NCBI RefSeq assembly: GCF_001194135.2
Contig: NC_068998.1
Coordinates: forward strand, 55,275,012 to 55,339,011
Reading direction: 5' to 3'
DNA from: Octopus bimaculoides
Lineage: Eukaryota
DNA length: 64,000 bases
A program made the translations under genes and the position numbers. Each line of letters starts with the position of its first letter. The stretch's first letter is position 1. The notes below the pieces were generated by a model. It was not told the DNA's origin and made no database searches. It saw only the letters and a list, made by a program, of their open reading frames with translations. Positions 12,601 to 24,859 of this stretch are shown here, in pieces.

Positions 12601-15600
12601 TGATCTATCATTCCTTGTGATTTGTCTCTGTCCAATTTGTTTTGATGTATTTTGTTGTTTCATGTTTTATCACGATTCTCAAACCATTTTATTGTCTCTT
12701 GTTCATATAAATATATTTTAGTTGAATCATCAATATTTAATTCTGTCATGAATCCATGAGATAGAATTCAACTTTTTGACATAGAACAATTATTTGTGAA
12801 TAAAAACCTATCACATAAAACATCATGTTATGTTTAAAAAAAGAAAAAAAAAAAGGACATCTAAAATAATTATGTAAATTAGAATTCAAAGATCTCAAAT
12901 GCAATATTTAGATTTTCCAGTTGATGTTTTCTGCTTTGAAATTCCTTTTTCTCTGACACAAGTTTTCTTGTAAAACTTCACTGTTATTTGTTGAGTGTCA
13001 CTTTTAGATTTAGAAATTCACTGTTAGTCATAAAACATAGCAATATATTTTAAGAATATGTTTAGACCATTACTGTAATATATTCGGTAATTCTGTAGTT
13101 GGCATGATTTTTTAAACGAATCTAATTTTGATAATGTCATTGTTTCTCAAACATCAAACTTTGAAATCTCTTTCCTGTTACATGTTCTTGCTGACCCTAT
13201 CCTTTTCAAACCTGTGCAAAACACACTATTTATAATCAAATGCTATACTTTGCAAATATCTCCCTGTAGAAACAGTCTAATGGCCAAAAGGTAGGTTTTG
13301 GAATTCTCCCCAAATAATTGTTGCAACATCCTTGAAATAATTCTTCTGCAAATCCTTCACCTTAGACACTTTAGTGACCTGCTTTGTGTACACCCACCCC
13401 ACCCCTACCCCCACCTTGTTGCTGCCTCACATCTTAACTAACATTTAACTATTTCATTTAATTAACAACATATATGAAATAAATTTCTAGAAATATTTTT
13501 ATAAAATTTATTTTTTACTGTGAGAATCATTGAGAATTGCCATGAATTTACGAGCTGGACATCAGCAATCTGTTGATTCACAGGGACACACAGACACACA
13601 CACACATTCATTAATTTAAATTGATCTACGGGTTCTTGAAGGAATATTTTAGGTTACTCTTTTCTTATATTTGTATTTTCAATGTTTTACCAAAATTGAA
13701 ATCATGTGCTTAACCCCCCCCCCCAACTTTTCCCAAACCAATCCATTTGTTTGTTGCTCTAATAATTTGGCATATTTAGATTTTTCAAACAATGTCAATA
13801 GTTCTTAATATTTCCAAGGAAATAAACTCAGCCAAAATTAAAGTTTCTATATTCCATAATCCTCTAGGAATAAATATAAACATACAGTTTGCTTAAAAAT
13901 TCTCTAAAAATGCTGGTTTTCATTTCTTTTCTACTCTAGTCTTTCACTTCAACAAAAACCTTGTAAAACTAATTCAACAATGGTAAATATTTCTAATTAT
14001 TTTGCAAAATCTTAACTCCATCATATTTACAATCCACACAGGAAGAATTAAAGTAGCAGTGAACAGAATGCTTTGATCTAAAGTATTGATCACATTTGCT
14101 TACAATTTGTTTGATAAAGACTAAAGAAAATGAATTGTTATCATCTTTTAAGCAACAAACTAAGAAAAGGTTTATTGATATGAACAGTCAACTGTAAAAA
14201 TAATTCCATTCACAAAATATATAAATCTATAGATTTTCCTCAAAATCATCCTATTTAAATTTGTCTAAAACTAATAAATATATGAATATTTTCAAATTTT
14301 CTTTTCTATGCTGGCATGGGTTGGATGAGTCTGTCATACATTGTATCTTGATTTCTTAATGTTTGTCATCATCATCATCACCATCGTTTCTGTGAGAAAT
14401 TTTATCTGATACTGTTCTACTTCTTCCTTACTTTTCTTCTTTAGTCATTGCTGAATTTAAGAAATAATTGTTGAGTATTTCTCTATCAAAAGTCTTCTCA
14501 TTTCTTCCTCCTGTATTTTCATTCTTCTCTTTCTTCTTTATAACCTCACTCTTAAATATTTCCTTCTACTAATCTCAACTTTTTGGTGAAGTGTCATTTC
14601 ATCTTACTCAAGTTTTTCTCTCCAAGGAGAACTTAAGCCCCCCCCCCCTTCTGCTTTTCTCATTCAAGGACCTCATTATTTGGGCTGATTTTTGTTTGGA
14701 TTACTGGACCCCTTTATTTAACTTGCATCTTATTCTCATCTCTTCTTCTCGCCTCCTCCTCCTCCTTTTTGTATAAACTCTGTTTGCCATCATTATTTCT
14801 CTTCACAAATGTATGAACTCCGTTTCTCAACTGAAATCTTTTTGAATTCTTTGCAAACCTTTTCTTCTTTGAGTCCTTCAGTCCCTTATTCATTTAAACT
14901 GGATGTCCTCATGGGAAAACTATTCACAAAATAATCCTGTGTTTATTGTGTGAAGGAGATGTTTAAATATTGTTGGCAGATTTAATTTAATGAAATTCAC
15001 AAATATTTACAATAAAAATAGGCAAATTGTGTTAACAAGGATTTTCTTAATTACTTTAATGTTGCTTTTGAGACTTAGAAAATATTGTTGTAGAATAGGA
15101 TTTTTGAATTTTTAAAAATGTAACCCATTCTCCAAATTATCAATTTGGCATTTTTTTTGCTGTTATGTGAACCAAAAATCAAACTGTTAAATATTTGTTC
15201 ATCATATTCGTAACTAGGAATTCAAACATTATTTCAAGCCTGTTCTGTTTTGTTTAGCTTCCAGATCAACCTAGCTGCATAAATGGAATAGTATTCTAGA
15301 GAAATTCAAAATATATTTTAAACTCTTTTCTCTTGCAAGTTAATAATTTACCTGCACAGCAGCTTTGCACCTCTTTCATAATATTACCATATTTTATATT
15401 CTCCTTAATTCTATTTTCACTCTATTTCTTGTGCATCAACATGAATCACTGCACTGATCAGCCTCCCACCTTTTTTTTCTGCCACACACCCACAACTTTG
15501 CTAACCTCTATCTTGCATTGCTGTCTCCTGTGCTTATAGAGAATCCATGTGAAGAAGGTATGGTCCCCAACTCCCATGTCTCCTTCAAGCCTGGAGAATG

Positions 15601-18600
15601 GGACCAATCAGCTTGATGCTGAGGTGAGTAAATGACAGCACTTTCCTTGCATTGGAAAAAAAAAACCCTTTCTTACTGTCACTCACTAACCTTTATTAAC
15701 AACTAATTTGTATAGTTGTGGCATTCTGTAGCTCACATCAGTGGCAACTTACCAGATCTCGAATAAATTGAAAAAATGGTTTCTTTGTGCACAACCATCT
15801 AAATATTTTAGCTTAAATGTTTAGTCTAAATTTGATTAAAACTTTCACTTGCAAATTAATTATTACTCACTTTAAGTATCTAAACTTAACATTTTTCTTG
15901 TGTTCTCTTCTTAAATATCTTAACTAACAAACCCTGTATGAATATATTCCTAAATATGTTGACTTCAAACTTCAAAGTCTCTGTAAAAATCCCTAAATTT
16001 CAATAACATGATTACTAATATTAAATACACCGTGTTAAATGTTTTTGTTTTAAACCTCAAAGTATTGTTTGTAGTAGTTTTAATTGATTTGTTGGAGATA
16101 AGATGAGGTTATTTGCTGCTTTGTGTTATAAAATTCTTTAAAGATAAGTTTCACATGGAGGAAGTAAGCAGCAAGTTTTCATTACACAACAATTTCACTT
16201 TATGGTTGGGTAATTGGTGATGAATTATCACATGATTCTGACAGACAGGCTCATTAATACACCCACAAACTAGCAAGTTAATTAGTGACCGTTAAATTAC
16301 TGAATTATTAAGTGTAAAAGATGTAATAAATNNNNNNNNNNNNNNNNNNNNNNNNNNNNNNNNNNNNNNNNNNNNNNNNNNNNNNNNNNNNNNNNNNNNN
16401 NNNNNNNNNNNNNNNNNNNNNNNNNNNNNNNNNNNNNNNNNNNNNNNNNNNNNNNNNNNNNNNNNNNNNNNNNNNNNNNNNNNNNNNNNNNNNNNNNNNN
16501 NNNGACATTTTGTTTATTTCTATTCACTGGAATTGAACCTTCTTCAAGACTTTTTCAACAAAAAACAGGAAAGAAACACTGTTGCTAAATACAGTGGAAT
16601 CATTAAAAAAGAAAAATTGAGAACAGAATTGGGAATTTAGATGCCAATTGCAGTAAAATGGGACAGTATTAACCAATTAATAAAATGAGACAGTATTGAC
16701 CAATTAATAAAATGGGACAGTATTAACCAAATGATAAAATGGGACAGTATTAACCAAATGATAAAATGGGACAGTATTAACCAATTGATAAAATGGGACA
16801 GTATTAACCAATTAATAAAATGGGACAGTTTTAACCAATTAGTTTCCGCCTTGTTGATTTAGTTATGCTGTAGTTGCAGAATGGCAAACCATTTTCTAAG
16901 CCCTTATTCATGTGTCATTGTCATTTCTTTTAGTTTTAGGGAAATGTGTTTAGATGAGATTTTTATAACATGATTTTGTAGGAAGATTTTCTGTTTTCAC
17001 TTTGAAAGTTTATCTCTTGGCCCCTAGCATTGATGAGTGATCAGAAGACTATGGATCTATTAATAGCTTACAGTCTCATTAGTGTACTGATTAGTGATTG
17101 TGAGTGATACACTATCAACTGACATGATGGTCAGTAGGAAATAAAGATTATGACAAAGAATTAGACATCACATAGAAGAACCAGAGCCTGCAGGAGACCC
17201 CCTCGTCCACTAGTATGGGCGTGTATTGTGAATGGATAGGCTTGAAAGAATTGTCCAATTCTTACAGATAAAACACCATCGAGTTGAGATATATTTATGG
17301 AGAGATGCTGTGTGGCAGAATTGTTTAGTCTGTTCCGATTTGGAAGGCAAAAGATATTAAAACAACAAAGATAGTGATGATGATGATGATAAAGTTATGT
17401 GTCTATGTGACTCCAATATCTTCCGTAGGAATGGGCTAAAGGTCTATGTTTTTCCTTTTTCAACATTAAAAATCTTAAACTAAGGAACCAATAGAAGTAT
17501 TTGAATAATTTTCCTGTTGAGTATTGAAACATTTTAGATATGGGGTTGTTTGTTTCTATTCTCCTTCTTTATTAGCTTTCAACATCTTTTATGTTTGTCT
17601 CTTCTCCACTTTTCTAAGCCATTTCCAGTTCTTTTATCAAATTCCAATCAGAAAAGAACTCTATGTTGTTGATAGATGCTAGCAATTCTGAATCTGTTAT
17701 CAGTAGACCCTTGCAGGTAACATAGGAAGAAGACAGGAGAAAAAGAAAATCTGAAATAGGATTAATCAGTTTAAGAAAATTTATTCTTAGAAGATAACTG
17801 AAGATTATCTTTGAAATTCTTTGAAAGCCCTAAGTGTTTATTTGTTAATCTCATATAAATGTCTTTGAGTAACTCAATCTAATTATTGCTCTCCTCTTAT
17901 CTTGGAGGATTAGACTAACCAATAATAGAAAATCCTTCATTTAATTGTTACAAAGCAGAACTTTTAATTCACTTACAAATATGTTCTTTCATATATTTTA
18001 TAACAAATTTAATTATTGAAATAACCTCTTCTTACCTTTTGTCATATTATTGTGTTTACACAATTAAAACACCTTCAGATTATTGTTGTTTCTTATAAAT
18101 TTGAAATCTGATATTTTTTTGAAGAAAAGAAATGTAACAAAATTGGTTTCAAAAATGAAAAAAACTTCTTTAGAAATCCTGAATTGATTGTTGTTTTTTG
18201 GGTTTGGAATTTGCTGAGATTCTCTTTAAATAACAATAAAGCAGAATAAATTAATAGGCTGCAGGGTTGCAACATCCTATCTCTTACCTTTTGCTTGTTT
18301 CAGTCATTAGACTACAGCCATGCTTGGGTACTGCCCTAGTTCATCTCAGAATTAAGCCAGTGGGTTTTAGGCATTTAAGCAAGATTAATTTTCTTGAACT
18401 TTGCTAATTGTTTAATTGCATATAACCTTCTTTGTTTTAATTTTATTTTCTGATTTTCTTCTTCAGCTACGCAAAGCCTACTTTCAACAAGTGGAAGAGA
18501 TCAAAAGCCTCAAGGAACAAATGTCCATGAAGGACAAACGGATTCGGCAACTGGAAGAAGAAATCTGCTCCATCAGGCAACGAGTGAACAGCAGTGAAAG

Positions 18601-18616
18601 TGAAAGTAACTGCTAA
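1449..18616 (+). CDS. CORO2B: Class II coronin (CORO2A/2B-like), 3' portion; multi-exon CDS 1449-1639, 3613-3793, 7074-7301, 15540-15623, 18467-18616; WD40 exons lie upstream of the window
   Basis: The exons join in frame with GT-AG boundaries. The last exon (DAE|LRKAYFQQVEEIKSLKEQMSMKDKRIRQLEEEI...NC*) matches the class II coronin coiled coil as I recall it for human CORO2B (ENELLRMFFRQQDEIRRLKEELAQKDIRIRQLQLEL...KNC*). Extra exons could be hidden in N-gaps. Confidence 0.8.
2750..2865 (+). mobile_element. Short degenerate non-LTR reverse transcriptase relic (CR1/L2-like)
   Basis: Translates as HSVLYAEDATLY, which resembles the YADD-x-T-L catalytic motif. Confidence 0.35.
3613..3793 (+). CDS. 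CORO2B: Coronin linker exon: (S)DPANNTCNIENHGEG...RKSWAPSS...SSPVD
   Basis: ccttgttttccag| is the only nearby acceptor whose phase fits the upstream phase-2 donor (AG+T=Ser). Perfect donor GAT|gtaagt; 181 nt. Confidence 0.7.
4238..4366 (+). CDS. Candidate alternative (terminal or cassette) coronin exon: EGFEIPNEKKESGMAEAEGKRIEDVDDVVDVIEQFTRKSERS*
   Basis: CTAAC branch point at 4214-4218 and AAG| acceptor at 4237 in phase 0, compatible with the 3793 donor. Purine-rich, protein-like composition. Stop at 4364-4366; possible donor gtgaga at 4353. Confidence 0.45.
   Translation, partial: EGFEIPNEKKESGMAEAEGKRIEDVDDVVDVIEQFTRKSERS
5956..6573 (-). mobile_element. RTE-LINE-derived 3'-end elements, (GAT)n-tailed; a short copy (5956-6072) in tandem with a longer copy (6074-6573) spanning an N-gap
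   Basis: (CAT)n + cgtttaacgtccgctttCCATGCTAGCATGG + agctggatgcccttcctaac, shared with 57841-58594. Sequence after the gap (6549-6573) matches 58570-58594. Confidence 0.88.
7074..7301 (+). CDS. CORO2B: Coronin linker exon: NSLPFDQNLRECSQEIPDLL...ETKSVESDVR
   Basis: Acceptor ctttactcttcag| and donor CGA|gtaagt; 228 nt, phase 0-0, open frame. Confidence 0.65.
9374..9465 (-). mobile_element. RTE 3'-tail fragment
   Basis: (CAT)n tttaacgtctgcctttcatgctagcatggg. Confidence 0.75.
9500..9650 (-). mobile_element. tRNA-derived SINE relic, family B ((ATT)n-tailed, core gtcgactttgcctttcatcctttcggggtcgataa)
   Basis: ggcacaaggcc...actggtacttatttt...atttgaactca, similar to 25790-25990. Confidence 0.6.
12414..12439 (+). 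CDS. Possible 26-nt coronin microexon (xKGSPQPLK)
   Basis: Good acceptor ttttccccatgtctttacag| but weak donor AAA|gttaag. Phase 1 to 0, so it needs a phase-1 partner exon. Confidence 0.3.
15540..15623 (+). CDS. CORO2B: Coronin penultimate exon: RIHVKKVWSPTPMSPSSLENGTNQLDAE
   Basis: CTAAC branch point near 15501, acceptor tgcttatag|, donor GAG|gtgagt; 84 nt, phase 0-0. Ends in E directly before LRKAYF, as in CORO2B ENE|LLRMFF. Confidence 0.75.
16654..16842. repeat. Minisatellite, 7 x 27 bp (TAAAATGGGACAGTATTAACCAATTAA)
   Basis: Units start at 16654, 16681, 16708, 16735, 16762, 16789 and 16816, each with 0-2 substitutions and no spacers. Confidence 0.97.
18467..18616 (+). CDS. CORO2B: Coronin last coding exon, C-terminal coiled coil plus stop
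   Basis: Acceptor ttttcttcttcag|; 49 codons plus TAA; heptad pattern; class II coronin signature xFxQQxEIxxLKE...KDxRIRQL. Confidence 0.88.
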   Translation, partial: LRKAYFQQVEEIKSLKEQMSMKDKRIRQLEEEICSIRQRVNSSESESNC

Positions 18617-18675
18617 AGTCGAAATCCCTTTCAATGTCAAGTAACACCACCCCATGGAGGCATTAAAACTCTTTC

Positions 18676-18875
18676 TGATGATGATGATGATGATGATGAT
18701 GACAACCATTGAAAAAGTTAACTTCTGCAACTGACTTTCTCTTGCTGATGATGATGATGGTGATGCACACACAAACAAATTCTTACTATTGACTAATGGG
18801 AATATTTTAGACAATTAGTTATTACTATTATTATTACTATTATTATTATTATTATTATAATAATTATTATTATTA
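18676..18875 (+). repeat. (GAT)n and (TAT/TAC)n trinucleotide tracts in the probable coronin 3' UTR
   Basis: Seen directly, starting about 60 nt after the stop. AATAAA candidates at 19188 and 19243. Confidence 0.8.
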
Positions 18876-20449
18876 ACTAAATAGACTTGACCGATGCATC
18901 AATTAAGAATGCACCTCACTGCTGTATGACATTGTGGCCACTTACTATTACCACCACCACCACTACAACATATTGATTGGTTAACACCAACAAATGCTCA
19001 ATAACAACTGACAAAACTAAAAATGACTTTGGACTGGATTTATTAAATTATTTCTATTGTCCTCATGTTTTTAGTTTTTCTCTCATTTTTCTTTGAATCC
19101 TGTTTCTTATTCCTCCCCCCTCCCCACCCCCCACTTTTATTTTTCTTTCTTTGTAACACTTTTGATGTTTTACTTATTTCTAAAAAAAATAAAAAACCAA
19201 GCCTGTTCTGAAGTTCTGAGATTACGAAATTTAGGAAGGAAAAATAAATGAAATGGCTGCGAAATTAAAGCAAGAAGTGGAATAGTTGTGAAATTCTGAC
19301 AATAATAATAATAATGATGATGATGATAATAATAATAATAATTCAATTTTATTTGTCATATTTAATTTTTTTATGAAAATAAAATAGAATAATTTGATAA
19401 AAGTCCTTCATAAGGATATTTTTAGTTTCATCTTAATTCAGTTGCCCCTGCCCCCATCTACCNNNNNNNNNNNNNNNNNNNNNNNNNNNNNNNNNNNNNN
19501 NNNNNNNNNNNNNNNNNNNNNNNNNNNNNNNNNNNNNNNNNNNNNNNNNNNNNNNNNNNNNNNNNNNNNNNNNNNNNNNNNNNNNNNNNNNNNNNNNNNN
19601 NNNNNNNNNNNNNNNNNNNNNNNNNNNNNNNNNNNNNNNNNNNNNNNNNNNNNNNNNNNNNNNNNNNNNNNNNNNNNNNNNNNNNNNNNNNNNNNNNNNN
19701 NNNNNNNNNNNNNNNNNNNNNNNNNNNNNNNNNNNNNNNNNNNNNNNNNNNNNNNNNNNNNNNNNNNNNNNNNNNNNNNNNNNNNNNNNNNNNNNNNNNN
19801 NNNNNNNNNNNNNNNNNNNNNNNNNNNNNNNNNNNNNNNNNNNNNNNNNNNNNNNNNNNNNNNNNNNNNNNNNNNNNNNNNNNNNNNNNNNNNNNNNNNN
19901 NNNNNNNNNNNNNNNNNNNNNNNNNNNNNNNNNNNNNNNNNNNNNNNNNNNNNNNNNNNNNNNNNNNNNNNNNNNNNNNNNNNNNNNNNNNNNNNNNNNN
20001 NNNNNNNNNNNNNNNNNNNNNNNNNNNNNNNNNNNNNNNNNNNNNNNNNNNNNNNNNNNNNNNNNNNNNNNNNNNNNNNNNNNNNNNNNNNNNNNNNNNN
20101 NNNNNNNNNNNNNNNNNNNNNNNNNNNNNNNNNNNNNNNNNNNNNNNNNNNNNNNNNNNNNNNNNNNNNNNNNNNNNNNNNNNNNNNNNNNNNNNNNNNN
20201 NNNNNNNNNNNNNNNNNNNNNNNNNNNNNAAGAAGGAACCTCTCTACGAGTGGGTCTCCTTGAGAGCATTGTTAGCTAAGAAGGGTTTGAGTATTTGGAA
20301 GTATCAGGGGTTTTCTTTGAAATAAAAATATTTCAACCATTATTTATACAATATTTATATTTCATACACATTTTCAAAAATAAAAAAAGAAAAGAAATTT
20401 AAATAAATATCTTTATAAGGATTAAACCAGGATATGAAACGAAATGGAA

Positions 20450-21060
20450 TATATATACATATATATACATATATATATACACACATATATATATATACAT
20501 ATATACATATATATACATACATACATATATACAAATATATACATACATAAATACATACATATATATATATATGTATATATAAATACATATATATACACAT
20601 ATATACACACACACATATATATAGATATATAGATATAAATATATAGATATAGATATATATATCTATATCTATGCATATATATATATATCTATATATATAG
20701 AAATAAATAAATATATATATAAATAAATATATATATAAATAAAAAAGTATATATATATATGAATAAATATATATATAAATATATATATATATAAATAAAT
20801 ATATATATATAAATAAATATATATAAATAAACATATATAAATAAATAAATATATACATATAAATGTATATATATAAATAAATAAGTATATATAAATAAAT
20901 AAGTATATATATATATNNNNNNNNNNNNNNNNNNNNNNNNNNNNNNNNNNNNNNNNNNNNNNNNNNNNNNNNNNNNNNNNNNNNNNNNNNNNNNNNNNNN
21001 NNNNNNNNNNNNNNNNATATATATATATATTTTTGTGTGTGTGTGTGTGTGTGTGTGGTT
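20450..21060. repeat. Compound AT-rich microsatellite (TA/TACA/TAGA/TAAA/TG) with an N-gap
   Basis: Seen directly; it is the source of the YIYI-type ORFs. Confidence 0.95.
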
Positions 21061-21774
21061 ATAAACTCTGAAAGCATTGGCCGGACATATTCTCAAACCA
21101 TGGCAATATGACTTTTGGACTCTTCCTCTTTGTTATTGGACAATGCTGACTTCTCCAGCAATAACGCTCACTTGGCTGATATCAGTGATTGGTTAAGTTG
21201 CTCTTAGAGTTAACCTAGAAGGGACAGGTCCCTTATTTTTTTGTTAAGGCTGTTGGTAAGTTTTCCTAAGTTACTCCACTGCAATTCTTCTGAAAATATA
21301 ATAAATATCTTTTCTCCAAAAAGTTTTGGGTCATTCTTCAGGTTTCATGCAAAATCATTTCTATCGTAACACAATACAAAAATATTTATATGTGTGTGTG
21401 TGTGTGTGTGTACGTGTATGAGCATACACACACACACACACACACACACAGCAAATTCAGTTCTTCTCCATAAAGTGATGGCCGACTTTCTTTTTTTTTT
21501 ACTTTTAGGAAATCAAACATTTCTAGAAATTTCTGGAAATGGAAATCAATGAAAGAGTCGTTCGCTTCTGCTGGAACATTCTAGAATTCCTGTCACTAGT
21601 AATGCTGTTTCGGCTTTGCTGAATTTTTAACTGCAGTAGCCATGCTATCGGCACCAAACGGCTGTAGTCAAACCAATGATACTGATGCTGCAGCTACAGT
21701 CTACTACAACAATAACAACAATAAACAGAAGAATTTCTTCATCCAGATAAATGGTGTAGATAGAGTGAAGGTGT

Positions 21775-21925
21775 TACTTTTTCATTTGTTTCAGTCATTG
21801 ACTGTGGCCATGCTGGAGCACAGCTTTGTAAAGTTAATCAAACAAATTGACCCTAGTACTAATTTTACTGACCTCTTTAGCTAAATCACTGAGATGTGGG
21901 GATGTAAAGAAACCAAATCTCACCT
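21775..21925 (-). mobile_element. 3' part of CORE-type SINE family A
   Basis: tgtttcagtcattgactgtggccatgctggagcac is the reverse complement of the tail at 47830-47876 and 54905-54950. A shorter piece lies at 18285-18340. Confidence 0.75.
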
Positions 21926-22584
21926 AAATCCCTCAAATCTCACCCCAAAATATTATAAAATGGATAGATTGGAAAGTAATGTCCTTGATACACAATTTAA
22001 GTAAGATGGGATGCTCCTGGCTACCTTGTTTTAAGCATAGATCTGCTCTGTCAGAATTGATCTAGGGCCAGGGCCAACACTGCACAAACAAGGAAGCCCC
22101 TGGAACATTAAATTCAAGGAGACACAATAAAATTAAAAACACAAGGACAAAGCAAGTGAGGAAATATGAAAGATAGGGGACATAGGTAGATGATGAGCAG
22201 CCTGTATGGTGTAATGGCCTGGTCATGAAATATTGCAAATTTGGCTCAGAAACAAATTTCCTCAGTGATAATGTGTGGCCTTAAAACCAGATCTTTTGTT
22301 TGGGAAGAACTGAAATGTTTTGACTGAATTTTCCAATTAGTGTAACAAGGGTGATGGATAACTGGAAGATGTGGGAGAAGGAGATTCTCATTGTAGAACT
22401 GAAAGTTGGTGGTGCATATTGCAGGACTGGGAAAAGGTGGCCCATATTGTAGGGCTAGCTTGGAACATGGAACCCCCAATGCTGATCCTGCCTAGGGCTA
22501 AACAATAAGATATCAACACTACATCACACCACTCTACCATAAAGCATGTATATACTATGATACACAAGCAACGGAAAAGCCTCT

Positions 22585-22745
22585 GCATGGTAGCTCAATC
22601 TGCTAGTAGTAGCAGCTGAGTCTCAATCACTCTACACCCTATTATTTTGAAAAGAGCAAGGACACATTGGAAAATGTATTCCTAGATACATAATATTTGA
22701 TTGGAATGTTATGGCTGGAGTGCTTTTGATCATGGTCTTGTATAT
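22585..22745 (+). mobile_element. Degenerate SINE-like repeat family C; relatives at about 21930-22080 (+), 23270-23460 (-) and 32330-32490 (+)
   Basis: Recurrent motifs gtagctcaatctgctag..agcagc..aatc...acacattgga..atgt..tcctagata...atggctgga. Confidence 0.5.
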
Positions 22746-24859
22746 TTTTGATCAACAACACTAACCTCACCTCACATTTGCATTTTACAGTATGTCAAGC
22801 CATGTAGTTTTCTTTCATTTTTTGTTCTTCAATGCATCAACTTAATTCCCAGTGCTAATTCACAAACTCACACGTAAGCATTAATACACAACAAACTAGT
22901 TTATTTACATTACATTTCAACTAATTTGCATAATACAACAAGGCAGCTAATTTGCATAATACTAACTCTATCTGACACATAAAGTTTAGACCAAGCCTGG
23001 ATCTCAATAATAATGTTTCTAATAAAATCAAAATGTTTAATTTATTGTAAAATATTAATAAAATGTGCCCTTAACATTAAATAAATTTGATGGTTATGAA
23101 GAAGGACAGATGGGATTCACTAGATTAAAGATTAAATTCAAAGATTATCTCTGGGATTAATACAATGAGTCCATTGATTTATAAAACCTATTTTTTTAAT
23201 TTAAACTCCTTGCAGTAGGAATGCTTAATTTTATATTTTCCACGACAAGTATTTGTTACAGTGGATGTTTCAGGTGTTATTGTTTAGTTCTGATCAAATA
23301 GAATTATGATGAAAGGCAACCAGACCATGACCACCATGTATTTTTAATAAATATCTACAACCATATTATCAAATATTTCCTTTTTTATTTTTTAAGACAA
23401 CAAGATGATTCTTTAGAGAGATTTGGCTGTTATTTCAAGCAATTTGAGCAATCGCATAGTGTCTGTCTTGGTGTCCTTACAGTTTGTGGAAAACGGGCAA
23501 CAAAATGCTTATTAGTATAAAAATCAGGATTGGTGACTTTTTAAAGAACTAAATCCAAAGCAGCTTAGATTTCAGTACATTTCAGACCAAAGCTACTGGT
23601 ACTTGATTTGGGTGACTAATTTTTTTTTTCATTATTTAACTAATTATTATTTAAAAACAATATATTAATATCAATTTTGTCTTCAGGTTTCAGCAGTTGT
23701 TCACTTTCTCTTTCAGTCAGCTGAATACAAACTCTTGTAAGTTAAAAGCTTTACTTCTAACATATAATAAAGTATGTGTACATATCTCTAAACTTACTAA
23801 TTAACATAATTCCACTAATTGCTGCCCATTCATTAACACCAGAGTGATGATCATTATTAGAATTCACAGTAATTAATAATTATAGTCAATACACAACAGT
23901 TAATTAATACACTTATCATTCATTAAACAATATATGAAGAATTAAGGTCTTAGGAATGGTTTGACCGTGTTTTACTGATGAGGTTTAATAATGTTGAAAC
24001 ATACCTCAAATTGTTACTGTACTTCCAAAGATGACACTCATTTCTTAACAACTCAATTCAAATAATGTTTTCCACACTCTTCTTACAAAACTGACGCCAT
24101 GCCTTGTTGAAAGATTTATTTAGAATATTGAGAATTTGTTATCAGCCTTAAAAATATTTCATCTCCAAATGGCAGAAGAATTTATCATTCACCAGTTTTT
24201 GTAAACAAATTCAGAATAAGTCCATCCAGAATAAAGTACATTAAAGCAAAAAAGAGCACATTTTTTTTAAAAAAGGAAATGTGTGCTTTGGTATTTCTAG
24301 TGCTGTATCCTATTGCAATACATGTTGATTAAAATACAAACATAGCCATTTTTATATATCTGTCCCAGACTTTTGTTAAACAGGCTTACTTTATTCTTAA
24401 TCATTAAAATAAAACTTGAAATGTTTAGGATCAGATTTGAAAATCAAAACTTCTCATAAGTAACAAATTTTCAAAATACTCAAGTAAAAATTTCAAAACT
24501 CTTTGTCAGACTCGATAAATTTAAATTATATGGCATTTAAAGATGTATATGTTTGTGTTGCTATCTCGATTTCTGTTGCTATCTCAGTTTGTGTGTGAAA
24601 TTTTCTGATATTAGAACCATTTCCCTAAAAGGAAGTCTACACTTAATTTTGACACATTTAAACTAATGCAACACCTTACAAGGAGGAAAGAAAAGAGGTT
24701 GCTGAAATTCTTCCCATGGAATGTGGCGTGTNNNNNNNNNNNNNNNNNNNNNNNNNNNNNNNNNNNNNNNNNNNNGGTAAAAATAGGAATGTCAACAAGT
24801 AAACAGAACAACAGAATGTTTTTATATCCTTTATGCTTGAACAACAATTGGTAAACTAA

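Noticed and set aside
16654-16842. CRISPR array or coding repeat (27 bp = 9 codons)
   Set aside because: The units are contiguous with no spacers, there are no cas genes, the context is eukaryotic, and all + frames contain stops.
18467-18814. 115-aa antisense ORF over the coronin last exon
   Set aside because: Shadow of the real exon plus (CAT)n tracts.
20355-21096. YIYI/HTHT-rich ORFs
   Set aside because: Translations of TA/CA microsatellites.
22250-22440. Possible Tc1 transposase trace (WP..PDL..FVWEELK) across frameshifts
   Set aside because: Requires several frameshifts and has no TIRs; not supportable by eye.
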